In this document: piece after piece, positions 23,330 to 32,965 of the stretch
Layout: the number at the start of each line of letters is the position of its first letter
How positions within the stretch are numbered: the stretch's first letter is position 1
Virus record (IMG/VR): IMGVR_UViG_3300014201_000017
Coordinates: 1-37,126 of that record
DNA: 37,126 bases
Source of the DNA: a virus
Taxonomy: Duplodnaviria; Caudoviricetes
Reading direction: 5' to 3' (one strand)
Position numbers and translations under genes: made by a program
The notes under the pieces: generated by a model
Databases searched by the model: none
Told to the model about the DNA's origin: nothing
What the model saw: only the letters and a program-made list of their open reading frames with translations

Positions 23330-24872
23330 AGACTCAGCCCCTCGCTACAAGGATTTACCACTGCGTATGTGCGGCGGTACAAAATACGGGAGATATCCTA
23401 AAATCTCATCCGAAGAAACCTATAACATGATTCAGTCTGACGGTTGGAATGTGCCTTTTGCCGGGTATAAAAATGTAATAACTATTGATCCGTTGGGTCA
23501 GGGAAGGGCTATATATTCCAGCAAAAAAGATAACAAGATGATTGCAATTATTGATTCTACCGTTTATATAATCAATCAATTTCTGGGTTATACAGTTGTT
23601 ATTGGAAATCTTGCTACAACTGCGAATACTGCGTGTTATATTTCTGAAAATAATAACGGGATAGTACTGATAAGCGACACTGAATATTTATATTCCTATA
23701 GTTATGCCACAAATGTTTTGACACAGCTCACTTCAACCAAATCAATTATTAATACGCCAGGATATATTACCTTTCAGAATGGAAAATTTATTGTTCCCGA
23801 TACTTCCACAAATCTCTGGTATATATCTGGCGTTGGAAATACCACATTTGCTGCTACTTCCCAATTCCAGGGAGCATTACAGACAAAACCAGATACTTGC
23901 CAAGCATGTATCAGATTTCCCGGAAAGGGAAATTTATTGCTTGTTATGGGAAATATAGTCACAGAGCAATGGCAGGATATTGGCGCGCAATTATTTCCAT
24001 ATCAGCGCACCGCATACAGTAATATTGACTATGGATGCGTAAATCCACAAAGCATTGCCACGAATGAAGATTATGCCTGCTGGGTTGCTGGAAATGAAAA
24101 ATCTGGCGTATTTATCATGTATACAGATGGCGGAAGTGTCAAACGCATATCAAATGACGGAATTGATTTTAAATTGGCCAATCTAACAGATCCATCCAAT
24201 GTTTATGGATATTTTTTTAGACAGGATGGACATTTGATCTATGTTGCGACATGGCCTGCTGACAGTATTTCATACGCCTATGATTTTAACACGAAAGAAT
24301 TCTCCACATTATCAAGCGAACAGATGGCGGCGTACATTGCAAAGGATGTGGTATTTTTCAATGGAAATTATTATTTTGTCAGCATCATTGATGGAAATAT
24401 CTATCAGATGAGCAGTAATATTTATACATATGATTATGGTAATAATAATGTGTTTGAAATACCTCGCATCAGGATTCCACCTCCTATTCGGCAGCCTGAT
24501 CAATCAAGATTTATCACTGGATATGTAGGATTTACTATTGAACAAGGCCAATTTGATTATGACTATAGAGATACCAGGAGTCTAAATTCTGATGAAGCAA
24601 ACAATCCTCTTGTAACTGAAAATAATGTCATCTATATAGGAAATGGCTATAATTTTAGAACAAATGTACCGAGAGTGTATTTGGCACTTTCAAAAGATGG
24701 CGGAGTAAATTTTGGAAATTACGTTTCAAAGAATATGAGGCCACAGGGAAAGAGACAGAATCGTTTGATGTGGTGGCGTCTTGGGCAGGCAAATGATCTT
24801 TCCATGCAATTCAGATTCTACGGGCTCAACAGGTTCGCCATGACGGATGGTATAGCAGGAATTTATCAATGA
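23322..24872 (+). CDS. Tail hub / DNA stabilisation protein (P22 gp10-like)
   Basis: 516 aa; F.QDGHLIYV, SKDGGVNFGN, WWRLGQA motifs. Confidence 0.88.
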   Translation: MTRDSAPRYKDLPLRMCGGTKYGRYPKISSEETYNMIQSDGWNVPFAGYKNVITIDPLGQGRAIYSSKKDNKMIAIIDSTVYIINQFLGYTVVIGNLATTANTACYISENNNGIVLISDTEYLYSYSYATNVLTQLTSTKSIINTPGYITFQNGKFIVPDTSTNLWYISGVGNTTFAATSQFQGALQTKPDTCQACIRFPGKGNLLLVMGNIVTEQWQDIGAQLFPYQRTAYSNIDYGCVNPQSIATNEDYACWVAGNEKSGVFIMYTDGGSVKRISNDGIDFKLANLTDPSNVYGYFFRQDGHLIYVATWPADSISYAYDFNTKEFSTLSSEQMAAYIAKDVVFFNGNYYFVSIIDGNIYQMSSNIYTYDYGNNNVFEIPRIRIPPPIRQPDQSRFITGYVGFTIEQGQFDYDYRDTRSLNSDEANNPLVTENNVIYIGNGYNFRTNVPRVYLALSKDGGVNFGNYVSKNMRPQGKRQNRLMWWRLGQANDLSMQFRFYGLNRFAMTDGIAGIYQ

Positions 24873-25216
24873 TAATAGTAAGCGTACCAACTGACAAATT
24901 GATTGATGAAGAAGGAATGCCAACACCTTCCTGGGGAAATTACTTTGATCAAAATACCCAACAACAACAGCAATCATTGAATGAGGAAGGGTTCTGGATT
25001 CCATCGGTTTCGTCAGCGACAGCCTCTGTAACGCCGCCCACCTCGGGAGGTCAGCTGGCACAGGTAGCTGCATCATTCGGCCAGCAGGGTGGCATAAACG
25101 CTGGTACAATTGTTTTTGATCCAGCTGAAGTCAATGGTGGATCAGCCCCTGCACCAAATGGCCAATTGAAAGTAATGCTGGCAGACGGAAACTTCCATGC
25201 CATAACGAATTCATAA
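24869..25216 (+). CDS. Small tail-associated protein
   Basis: LIDEEG.PTPSW.NYF motif; ATGA coupled to the gp10-like gene. Confidence 0.65.
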   Translation: MIIVSVPTDKLIDEEGMPTPSWGNYFDQNTQQQQQSLNEEGFWIPSVSSATASVTPPTSGGQLAQVAASFGQQGGINAGTIVFDPAEVNGGSAPAPNGQLKVMLADGNFHAITNS

Positions 25217-25227
25217 AGGACAATGAG

Positions 25228-25923
25228 ATGACCTTCGACTGGGGAAATGCATTTAGAGGGGGCGCCAGTGGTGCTGCTGCGGGTGCTTCGGCCGGCTGGC
25301 CCGGTGCCGTTATAGGGGGCGGTCTGGGCGCGCTCAGCGGCTTCTTCGGCAATGACGAAGAAAAGAAAACAAACGCCCTTTTGAATCAGATCCCCGATCA
25401 ACTCAAGCAGTATCTGATGCCGTACATTACCGCTGGCCAAGGCGCACTTGGCAAGGTAGGCGGCGAATACGAACATCTTTTAAGCGATCCTAATGAGATC
25501 ATCAATCGCATTGGGTCTGGCTATCATGAATCGCCTGGTTATCAATGGCGACTTGGACAGGGCGAAAATGCCATTAACAATGCAGCAGCAGCAGGTGGCA
25601 TGATCGGCACAGGGCAGCATCAGCAACAGGCAGGCCAGCTTGCTGAAAACCTTGCCAACCAGGATTATTGGGACTTTGTAAATCATGGTGTCGATATGTA
25701 CGGAAAAGGGCTTGCTGGTGAGCAGGGCCTTTCCACTCAGGGATTAACCGCGGGCGGAGATCTGGGGACGAGTCTGGCCAATCTGCTGCAAGGAAAAGCC
25801 GGGCTGAATTACACAAGAGGAACGACAAGCAATCAAAATAACAGTGATCTGGTCTCAAGCATCATAGCGGCACTGACAAAAAATAGCGGCAGCTTGAATG
25901 CCAGCGCGCATGGAGGATATTGA
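25228..25923 (+). CDS. DNA ejection protein (P22 gp7-like)
   Basis: Gly/Ala-rich hydrophobic N-terminus; PYITAGQGAL, SPGYQWRL.QG..AI...AAAGG. Confidence 0.82.
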   Translation: MTFDWGNAFRGGASGAAAGASAGWPGAVIGGGLGALSGFFGNDEEKKTNALLNQIPDQLKQYLMPYITAGQGALGKVGGEYEHLLSDPNEIINRIGSGYHESPGYQWRLGQGENAINNAAAAGGMIGTGQHQQQAGQLAENLANQDYWDFVNHGVDMYGKGLAGEQGLSTQGLTAGGDLGTSLANLLQGKAGLNYTRGTTSNQNNSDLVSSIIAALTKNSGSLNASAHGGY

Positions 25924-27182
25924 TCATGCCGGTATTCAATTTCAATCAGGCGGCATTTCCGGCAAGGACACCTCAGCAGGCCAGTCCGTTGGGTGGGGTG
26001 CTTTCTGATGCTATTGCCAAACGACTTGCCATGGCGAAAACACAGGCTGAAGAAGAAAAAGCACCTTATGCTGGAATATCTTCCCTGGCTGATACCCTGT
26101 CCAAAACAGCTTACGCTGGTGCTGTCACCCCACAATTCCAGTCAAAACTTCTTGAAAATGTAATGACCGCAGCAAATATTCCTGAAACAGAAAGACAGAG
26201 AGTGCTTGCTCAGATATTACAATATGGCGGCGCTAGTGGAGGTGCCGCAGGAACGTCCAGCAATCCAGCAATAGGGCGTCTTCAAAGCCTTGTCAGTCAA
26301 AAGCTGCAGCAGGCAACAGCAAATCCTCAAACTTCTCCGTTGGGTAATATTGCCAGTTCCATCATGAGATTATTCGGGGGAAACCAGAATGCTCCTTCTG
26401 GCGCTCAAGGCAGACAGCCTCCCGAGATCAATCAGCCAGCACTTGATCTGTATAATGCGGACAGAGGGCAGCCAACTCCTGCCGCCACTCCAGGAACGGC
26501 TCCTGCTGCGCCACAATCAAATCCTGCCGCGCCAACCCAGGGAGGTAGCTGGTTTGGTAAGGTCGGGAAGGCCAAAGGAACAATGGCCCAGGGAGAAAAA
26601 GAAGGTGTGGCTAGAGCCGACGCCTCAGCGCAATACGGCAAGGATGCAAAGTTTGTATTGGCTCAACAAAGAGCTTCCAAGCAGATAATAAGCCTGCTTC
26701 ATGACCCGGATATCAAAGGAATGATCCAGATCCCATTTTTTAATAAAGTGGTAAAAAGCGCCTATGAGCAGGCCGGGAGCAAAGAAACTCAGGAAAAGAT
26801 AGGAAGGCTTGATACAGCAATAAATAATTACATAGCTGCATCTCCTCAGCGCACGGATGCAGATAAAGATTTTCTTATAAGCCAGAAACCAAATGCAAAA
26901 GATCCTCTGCCGGTCAAGCTGGGGAAGCTCGCCCAATTGGAAATTTATAATGAAGCATATTTTGAGCAGTTAAAACTTGCCAATAAGTATGTAAGAGCTG
27001 GCGATGATCAAACGACTGCTGAAATCAAGGCTGCGCAGGATGTTGATATTGATAAAATTGAAAAAAGAATTAACAATGAAATTTTTGGTAATTCAAAAGG
27101 AAATTTGTCTGGAACTCCGTCGGGAAATAATTCTGGCGTAAATTGGATCAGAAGAAACGGAAAGCTCGTGAGGGCAAGATAA
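25920..27182 (+). CDS. DNA ejection protein (gp20-like position)
   Basis: Q/A/P-rich; second of three coupled genes. Confidence 0.65.
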   Translation: MIMPVFNFNQAAFPARTPQQASPLGGVLSDAIAKRLAMAKTQAEEEKAPYAGISSLADTLSKTAYAGAVTPQFQSKLLENVMTAANIPETERQRVLAQILQYGGASGGAAGTSSNPAIGRLQSLVSQKLQQATANPQTSPLGNIASSIMRLFGGNQNAPSGAQGRQPPEINQPALDLYNADRGQPTPAATPGTAPAAPQSNPAAPTQGGSWFGKVGKAKGTMAQGEKEGVARADASAQYGKDAKFVLAQQRASKQIISLLHDPDIKGMIQIPFFNKVVKSAYEQAGSKETQEKIGRLDTAINNYIAASPQRTDADKDFLISQKPNAKDPLPVKLGKLAQLEIYNEAYFEQLKLANKYVRAGDDQTTAEIKAAQDVDIDKIEKRINNEIFGNSKGNLSGTPSGNNSGVNWIRRNGKLVRAR

Positions 27183-29152
27183 TGGCACAAACCGTCAGAG
27201 ACGAAAGAGGACAAATTCATTCATTTCCTGATGATGCAAGTCCAGAGGAAATGAATAATGCTATATCCGAAGATAGTCATGGATGGGGAAGTGTTGGAAG
27301 AGATTTGTTATCATCTTTAAAATCTGCGCCAGAAGCTGGTATTAATTTGGCTAAATCAATTTGGCCAGGGATTAAAAATGTCGCAAGTTATGCAACCAGC
27401 AATAACCCATTCGAGACATTGGCAAATCTCGGTGGTGGTGGAGTTGAATCTGTGGCTGGTTTAGCAAGTTCTCCCCAACAGTTTGCTAGATATATAGCAG
27501 AAAAATTTCCACAATACGGCGAACTATTAGAGAAAGGAAGAACCATAAATAGGCAGGGGAGTTTAAATGATCCAACTATTTATGAATCATTAATTAATTT
27601 TGAAAAAGAACATGGGTTATCTGCACAAAGCCCAGAAGAACAAAGTGTTAGAAATTTAGGCGGCTTATTATTTGGCGGGAAAATACTTTCTAAACTTCCA
27701 AATATCGGATCACGTGTTGCCACCTTGGCTGCACAACAAGGAGGTGAAGGTGGAGATCCATTACATGCAGCAATTTTTGGCCTTCTAGGAGAAGGTGCAG
27801 GATATGGTGGTTCAAAAGCAAAATCAAAAGTTGCAAATAATATTGATTGGAGTAAAAAATATTCTTCTCCTTTAAGCAATGAAGAAATATTATCAAATGC
27901 ACAAGCAGCAGAAGGTACTAATACTGGTTTAGGAAGAATTATCAATAATCCTGAGTTAATGCGATATCTTGAAACAGAATCAAGAAAATATCCTCAATCT
28001 GGTTCCGAAGAAATTTTGGGCGCAACAGGAAACCAAGTAAAAGATATCGGTCAAGGAATAATAAATGACTTTAAAGGGGATATTCCTATAGAGCATTATG
28101 GGGATGAAGTTTTAAAAGCTTTAAAAGAATCAAAAAAAGATGTCACAAAAGAAAAAAATGCCAAATATAAAATTGTAAATGATTTAGCAGAAAAGCATGG
28201 TGTAGATACAGATCGAGGTAACTTTATTAAAACTGCTCAAGATGAATTGGATACAATGAAAAGTGATCCTCATCTATCTTTATTCCAGAATAAGGCAGAG
28301 ATTGCAAAACTTGAACAAATTGTTAAAAACAATAAAGGCAAAAGATATAGCCTAAGAGATACTGATTTTCTTATTGGAAAATTAGGCGAAGAAATGCAAT
28401 CACATTTTGAAAAAGGAAATACAGCAGAATACAATCTATATAAAAAATTAAGAGACAATCTTATCAAAGATAGGGAAGATGCTATTGAAAATTCATCTGC
28501 TCCTGAAGAATTAAAGAATGCACATAATGAAGCAAAAAATTTCTACAAGAATGAATATGCAGCTTATGAAGATCCAGATATTGCAAAATGGCTTAGAAGG
28601 GGTGGTGATACTGATTTATTGATTCGGCATTTCATTCGGACTGGTAAATTTTCCGATAGATCAAAACTAATCCAAAAGATTCAGGACAAGATTCCAGAAG
28701 ATAAAAAACATATATTGGGAAGCGCATATTTAACAGGAGCAATAAAAGATGGTGATTTCAATCCTCATCACTTAAGACAGCTTTATAAAGGGCTTGGTGA
28801 AAAACAAAGACAGGTTTTATTTCCCGACAAAGTAAATAAACAATTGGCAAATTATTCCAGGTTAGTAGAGATGAACCCGGAACCATTGAGCATGATGTCA
28901 AATCCAAAAACGGGATTTAGGGGTGTTCAGAATACCTCTATAAAAGATTTAGTAATGCCTGCTGTAATGGCTGCTGGCGGAGGTCATTACGGCGGAGTAC
29001 CGGGAGCATTGGGCGCGGCTCTACTACCTCATATTATGGGCAAAGCCAATCAACAGTTTATTATTAAACCGAAAGTAGAGAAAATCACCTCACAGGAATT
29101 TAGACAAAAGTTCATCAGGAAATTATTGGATGAAAGGGCAAAAAATGGCTAA
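27182..29152 (+). CDS. Large DNA ejection protein (gp16-like position)
   Basis: Start reassigned to the TAATG overlap; HSFPDDASPEEM N-terminal motif; helical; C-terminal GG-rich hydrophobic segment. Confidence 0.7.
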   Translation: MAQTVRDERGQIHSFPDDASPEEMNNAISEDSHGWGSVGRDLLSSLKSAPEAGINLAKSIWPGIKNVASYATSNNPFETLANLGGGGVESVAGLASSPQQFARYIAEKFPQYGELLEKGRTINRQGSLNDPTIYESLINFEKEHGLSAQSPEEQSVRNLGGLLFGGKILSKLPNIGSRVATLAAQQGGEGGDPLHAAIFGLLGEGAGYGGSKAKSKVANNIDWSKKYSSPLSNEEILSNAQAAEGTNTGLGRIINNPELMRYLETESRKYPQSGSEEILGATGNQVKDIGQGIINDFKGDIPIEHYGDEVLKALKESKKDVTKEKNAKYKIVNDLAEKHGVDTDRGNFIKTAQDELDTMKSDPHLSLFQNKAEIAKLEQIVKNNKGKRYSLRDTDFLIGKLGEEMQSHFEKGNTAEYNLYKKLRDNLIKDREDAIENSSAPEELKNAHNEAKNFYKNEYAAYEDPDIAKWLRRGGDTDLLIRHFIRTGKFSDRSKLIQKIQDKIPEDKKHILGSAYLTGAIKDGDFNPHHLRQLYKGLGEKQRQVLFPDKVNKQLANYSRLVEMNPEPLSMMSNPKTGFRGVQNTSIKDLVMPAVMAAGGGHYGGVPGALGAALLPHIMGKANQQFIIKPKVEKITSQEFRQKFIRKLLDERAKNG

Positions 29153-29211
29153 ATTATTTTATAATAGATTAGATAGCCTATGAATAACCCTATAAAGAAA
29201 CCATTAATCAT
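29149..29211 (-). CDS. 20-aa hydrophobic peptide MINGFFIGLFIGYLIYYKII
   Basis: GAGGA RBS; convergent with the ejection gene, with overlapping stop codons. Confidence 0.55.
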   Translation of the reverse strand: MINGFFIGLFIGYLIYYKII

Positions 29212-29279
29212 TGTATTAATCCTCAACAGTAAGGATTTAACTGTGCCATATATAGACAGCAAAGTAAAGGGGATTATTA

Positions 29280-31745
29280 ATGGCTAACCTGGATTCGCGC
29301 TTTATTTGTACAAGTGACCTCGATTCCCTCTACAGGGACAACGCCTCTGGCTTGCCCCTATCCGGCGGTATAATCACATTCTACTCAGACGTAAACAGAA
29401 CCACGCTAAAACCCGTCTATCAGCTCACTGGCACCCCCGGCAACTATACCTATTCCCCGTTGCCCAATCCCTGCGTATTGTCCAGCGCAGGCACGTTTCA
29501 GGACGCTTTGGGCAACAATATAGTCCCTTACTATTACCCGTTCACCGGCACCCCTTCAGCCAATACCGGTGTACAGGAACTGTACTATATAACCTGTGTA
29601 AACTCAGGTTTCGCTCCCCAGTTTGTGCGCCAGGGATGGCCCCAAGCCGCAGGAAGCGGCGTCTCACCTGTAAGCGATAACGAGGTTGAAAACTACATTC
29701 CAAATGGCCAGTTTCTGGCCCATAACAATATTCTCTCAATTACAGAGCCGCCAATTGTTCAATACACATTTGGTGCCCAGACGGTAGATGCCCAGCAGAT
29801 CGCCCAGGGTGGCTGGTATTTCGTTTATACAGACGCCAATTCGGCTGTATTCAACAACAGTTTCCAGCAGATCCCATCTTCTGGCGGCTGGGGGATGAAC
29901 AGCTTCCCGAGGTACATATTCAATTTTGTCTGTAGTTCGTTTAATGCCAGTGCATTGACAAGAGATCTGCGTATCCAGTGGCCGGATGTGAACAAGTTTT
30001 CATCAGGCAATCCAGTGGGCGAGACAAATTTCACCCTGTTTTTTGATGCCAAGAGTAATGACGGCAATTCATATACTTTCACCCTCGAACAGATTTATTA
30101 CTTTGGGACAGGTGGCACTCCGAGTGCGCCGGTTGTTACTCCCATCACCACATTTACAGTAGGCCCCTCTGAAAGTTTTGTTTCATACAATCTTCAGGAC
30201 ATAACCTTTCCATCCAATGCCGGAACCATAGGCACAAATGGAGATGATTATGTAGCCCTCTCTATTCGTGGGCCTGCGAGCGCATGGAACGCTGCCTTCA
30301 GTGATTTTGCCTTGGTTCAGGGAAATGAGACACTTTCATCTTTTCCCATCCAGACAAACGCCGAAATGCTCAGCCGCGCTTTGGCTGGCTGGATACCGAC
30401 TCCAAATCCAAATGGTTCCAGTCTATATTTGACCCTAAAACTGGGTCTGGAAGGATTCATCTATGATTCTTCGGAAGTAGGCGAGATAGTTGCGAAATCC
30501 ACACTAATTGACTTCAATAATACAAGTATAAGTACAATCTCCAATGAACTGTATTGTGATGGCTCCCAGTATTTGACAGCAGGTTATTCTCCATTAGGAA
30601 TTCCATATTCACGGTTGCAGGCAAAACTTGTTTATGCCGCAAGCAGCCTGAATCTTCCAATTTATGGAACAGGATTAAATTTTGCCTCAGCTCTGGGAAA
30701 CAATGATGCAGATCATATATTATTGATGAATAACAAATATGGATCTGGAGCCAATGCAACTGATGGAACAGTAATGACTGGATTCACATTTAACAACAAT
30801 CATGCAGATCCTGGTGCAACTGTAAATGTTACAGCTTATATGCAAACAGTTGTGACAGGAGTAATGAAAGGCATTATTACAGCAATGGCTGATACTGGAA
30901 CTACCGGCATAACATTTGTAGAAGGTAGAACGGGATTAATTAACAATTACAATATATGGCAATTCAATACCACTTCTGTAACAATTTCAGGCCTCGCGAG
31001 TACATATTTTACTTATACAGCAAATGCCACCAATTATTATGTCTGGTTTAAATACAATGGATCAGGAACTGATCCTGCCCCTGGGGGCACTGGAATCCAG
31101 ATCGATTTATTTACAGGCTATTCAACTCAGGATCTATGCAGATTGATAGTATTCGCATTAAATGGCGGATCAATGACTGATGTGATATGTACCGCAGGCA
31201 GTTCAATTACAGCAAATTCATGGTTTAAATTTACAACAGCAAATGGAAATAAATATTATGTCTGGTATAACCTTGGTGGTGGTGTTGATCCAGCGCCGGC
31301 AGGATTTACCTTGGGAATACCAGTTTCCATTACCGGAACTTCAACAGCAGCCCAGGTAACTGCTGCTACCATTTCAGCAATAAATGGTACTTATTTTGCG
31401 GTGCCCGATTTGCGTGGGCTATATCTGCGAGGCTACGATCCAAATTCAACCTGGGATATTGATTCTGTCAGTCGCTATGGCCTGAACGGTAATGCTCTTG
31501 GAAATGTAATAGGAACATTGGAAACGGATATGTTCTTGACTCATCTTCATGGGGCTGGAACATTAACAGCAGCACCTGCATCAGGTAATTTTGTTACAAC
31601 TTCAGGATCAAGTATCGGAACAACATCTGGAGTAGGTCTTAACACTACTCTTGGAACTGCTGCTGTTTCTGGAAGCACAGCATTGACTGGTGGATATGAA
31701 ACAACTCCCGTAAACATGGCGATCGGTTACGCAATAAAATATTAA
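29280..31745 (+). CDS. Tail fibre/spike protein with a split tail-collar domain
   Basis: GLPLSGG.ITFY head-binding-like N-terminus; VGEI...LYCDGSQY and VPDLRGLYLRG collar motifs; ETTPVNMAIGYAIKY terminus. Confidence 0.85.
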   Translation: MANLDSRFICTSDLDSLYRDNASGLPLSGGIITFYSDVNRTTLKPVYQLTGTPGNYTYSPLPNPCVLSSAGTFQDALGNNIVPYYYPFTGTPSANTGVQELYYITCVNSGFAPQFVRQGWPQAAGSGVSPVSDNEVENYIPNGQFLAHNNILSITEPPIVQYTFGAQTVDAQQIAQGGWYFVYTDANSAVFNNSFQQIPSSGGWGMNSFPRYIFNFVCSSFNASALTRDLRIQWPDVNKFSSGNPVGETNFTLFFDAKSNDGNSYTFTLEQIYYFGTGGTPSAPVVTPITTFTVGPSESFVSYNLQDITFPSNAGTIGTNGDDYVALSIRGPASAWNAAFSDFALVQGNETLSSFPIQTNAEMLSRALAGWIPTPNPNGSSLYLTLKLGLEGFIYDSSEVGEIVAKSTLIDFNNTSISTISNELYCDGSQYLTAGYSPLGIPYSRLQAKLVYAASSLNLPIYGTGLNFASALGNNDADHILLMNNKYGSGANATDGTVMTGFTFNNNHADPGATVNVTAYMQTVVTGVMKGIITAMADTGTTGITFVEGRTGLINNYNIWQFNTTSVTISGLASTYFTYTANATNYYVWFKYNGSGTDPAPGGTGIQIDLFTGYSTQDLCRLIVFALNGGSMTDVICTAGSSITANSWFKFTTANGNKYYVWYNLGGGVDPAPAGFTLGIPVSITGTSTAAQVTAATISAINGTYFAVPDLRGLYLRGYDPNSTWDIDSVSRYGLNGNALGNVIGTLETDMFLTHLHGAGTLTAAPASGNFVTTSGSSIGTTSGVGLNTTLGTAAVSGSTALTGGYETTPVNMAIGYAIKY

Positions 31746-31755
31746 AGGAATCAAA

Positions 31756-32367
31756 ATGGGATTCAATCCGGAATATTTTTTTCCAACAGTAATCACAAAC
31801 ATCACGAGGCTGAATGGTGGTGTTTTTGGTACCGTGAAAGCGACAGATGTTTACCCTGCCGTGGATGTGACAGATGTATCGCAATCTCCTTATGGAACCA
31901 CTAAGCCATATGAGATTGTCCAGTTATTGAATTTTGTTTTGAGCAGTATGGGCTGGATTATTTATCAACCTGTGCTGGCTGGAAGTCCAGCCAATCTGAA
32001 TGCAACTTACAATAATGGTATCGCAGGCGTAGGCGCATCCTTGACAAATGCAGGCACACAAGCCGCTCTTGTGCTGGATGGACAAACTGCAATAGTTGGA
32101 GGAAGATATTTAATCAACAACCAGACAACAGCTGCACAAAATGGTATTTATACTGTTTTGACAACAGCAAATCTGGGAAGTGCTACAACAAACTGGGTAT
32201 TGACGAGAGTGGTTGATTTCAATAGTTCGTCAAATATCCTGAATAATGGTTTGGTATATGTCCTGTACGGAAGTACATACGCAAATCAGATACAGCAGGA
32301 TACATTTTCAGGTTCCATTACAGTAGGAACAACAGCGATAAATTATGCTCAATGGACATTTACTTAA
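31756..32367 (+). CDS. Tail-fibre-associated structural protein
   Basis: LDG...GGRYLINNQTTAAQNGIYTV...WVLTR motif. Confidence 0.75.
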   Translation: MGFNPEYFFPTVITNITRLNGGVFGTVKATDVYPAVDVTDVSQSPYGTTKPYEIVQLLNFVLSSMGWIIYQPVLAGSPANLNATYNNGIAGVGASLTNAGTQAALVLDGQTAIVGGRYLINNQTTAAQNGIYTVLTTANLGSATTNWVLTRVVDFNSSSNILNNGLVYVLYGSTYANQIQQDTFSGSITVGTTAINYAQWTFT

Positions 32368-32380
32368 AGGATAAAACAGA

Positions 32381-32761
32381 ATGGCTACTCTTTTCTCAAT
32401 GACTCGTGATGTTGCCGGCTATAACGGATTTGGTCTTAAACCAACGGATACGGCATATTCAGTTACTTTATCTGCTAACACAGACACTCATTTTGTAGTG
32501 CCTTCCATGAGCGCAATAGGCGGCACTAATACAGCAATTAATAATAATCCTGTTCTTATAGCAATTTTTTACTTTACTCCCGGCGCAGAAGTCTGGTGTG
32601 CTTTAAATGCAACTGCTATTGTTCCGGCAGGAGACACATGGGGAGCTACAACATCCGAAGGAAATCCTTCTGCGTGGCAGGTTAACGGAGGAGATGCGAT
32701 TCATGTAATTACAGCTGCAACGGGCGTGAGCGTAGGCATAAGATTATATGTTATTAGTTGA
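32381..32761 (+). CDS. Putative structural protein
   Basis: Beta-rich; in the tail operon. Confidence 0.65.
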   Translation: MATLFSMTRDVAGYNGFGLKPTDTAYSVTLSANTDTHFVVPSMSAIGGTNTAINNNPVLIAIFYFTPGAEVWCALNATAIVPAGDTWGATTSEGNPSAWQVNGGDAIHVITAATGVSVGIRLYVIS

Positions 32762-32778
32762 CGTAAAAGGATTTTTAA

Positions 32779-32964
32779 ATGCCATGGCCAAGACTTAAAG
32801 ATTTCGGAATAGTAGATAATCCATTAATCTACTCTCCATTTGAAGAAAACAATGCGCCTGATAGCGGTGGTGGCCCTCCTGCATTTAATGATTTCCTGCT
32901 TCTTAATTCTTTTCCCTTTTTGTTGCTTAATGGAAATAATCTAACCTTGCTGGGAGCTGTCTGA
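32779..32964 (+). CDS. Small tail-operon protein
   Basis: AAGGA RBS; FLLLNS.PFLLLNG repeat. Confidence 0.6.
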   Translation: MPWPRLKDFGIVDNPLIYSPFEENNAPDSGGGPPAFNDFLLLNSFPFLLLNGNNLTLLGAV

Positions 32965-32965
32965 C

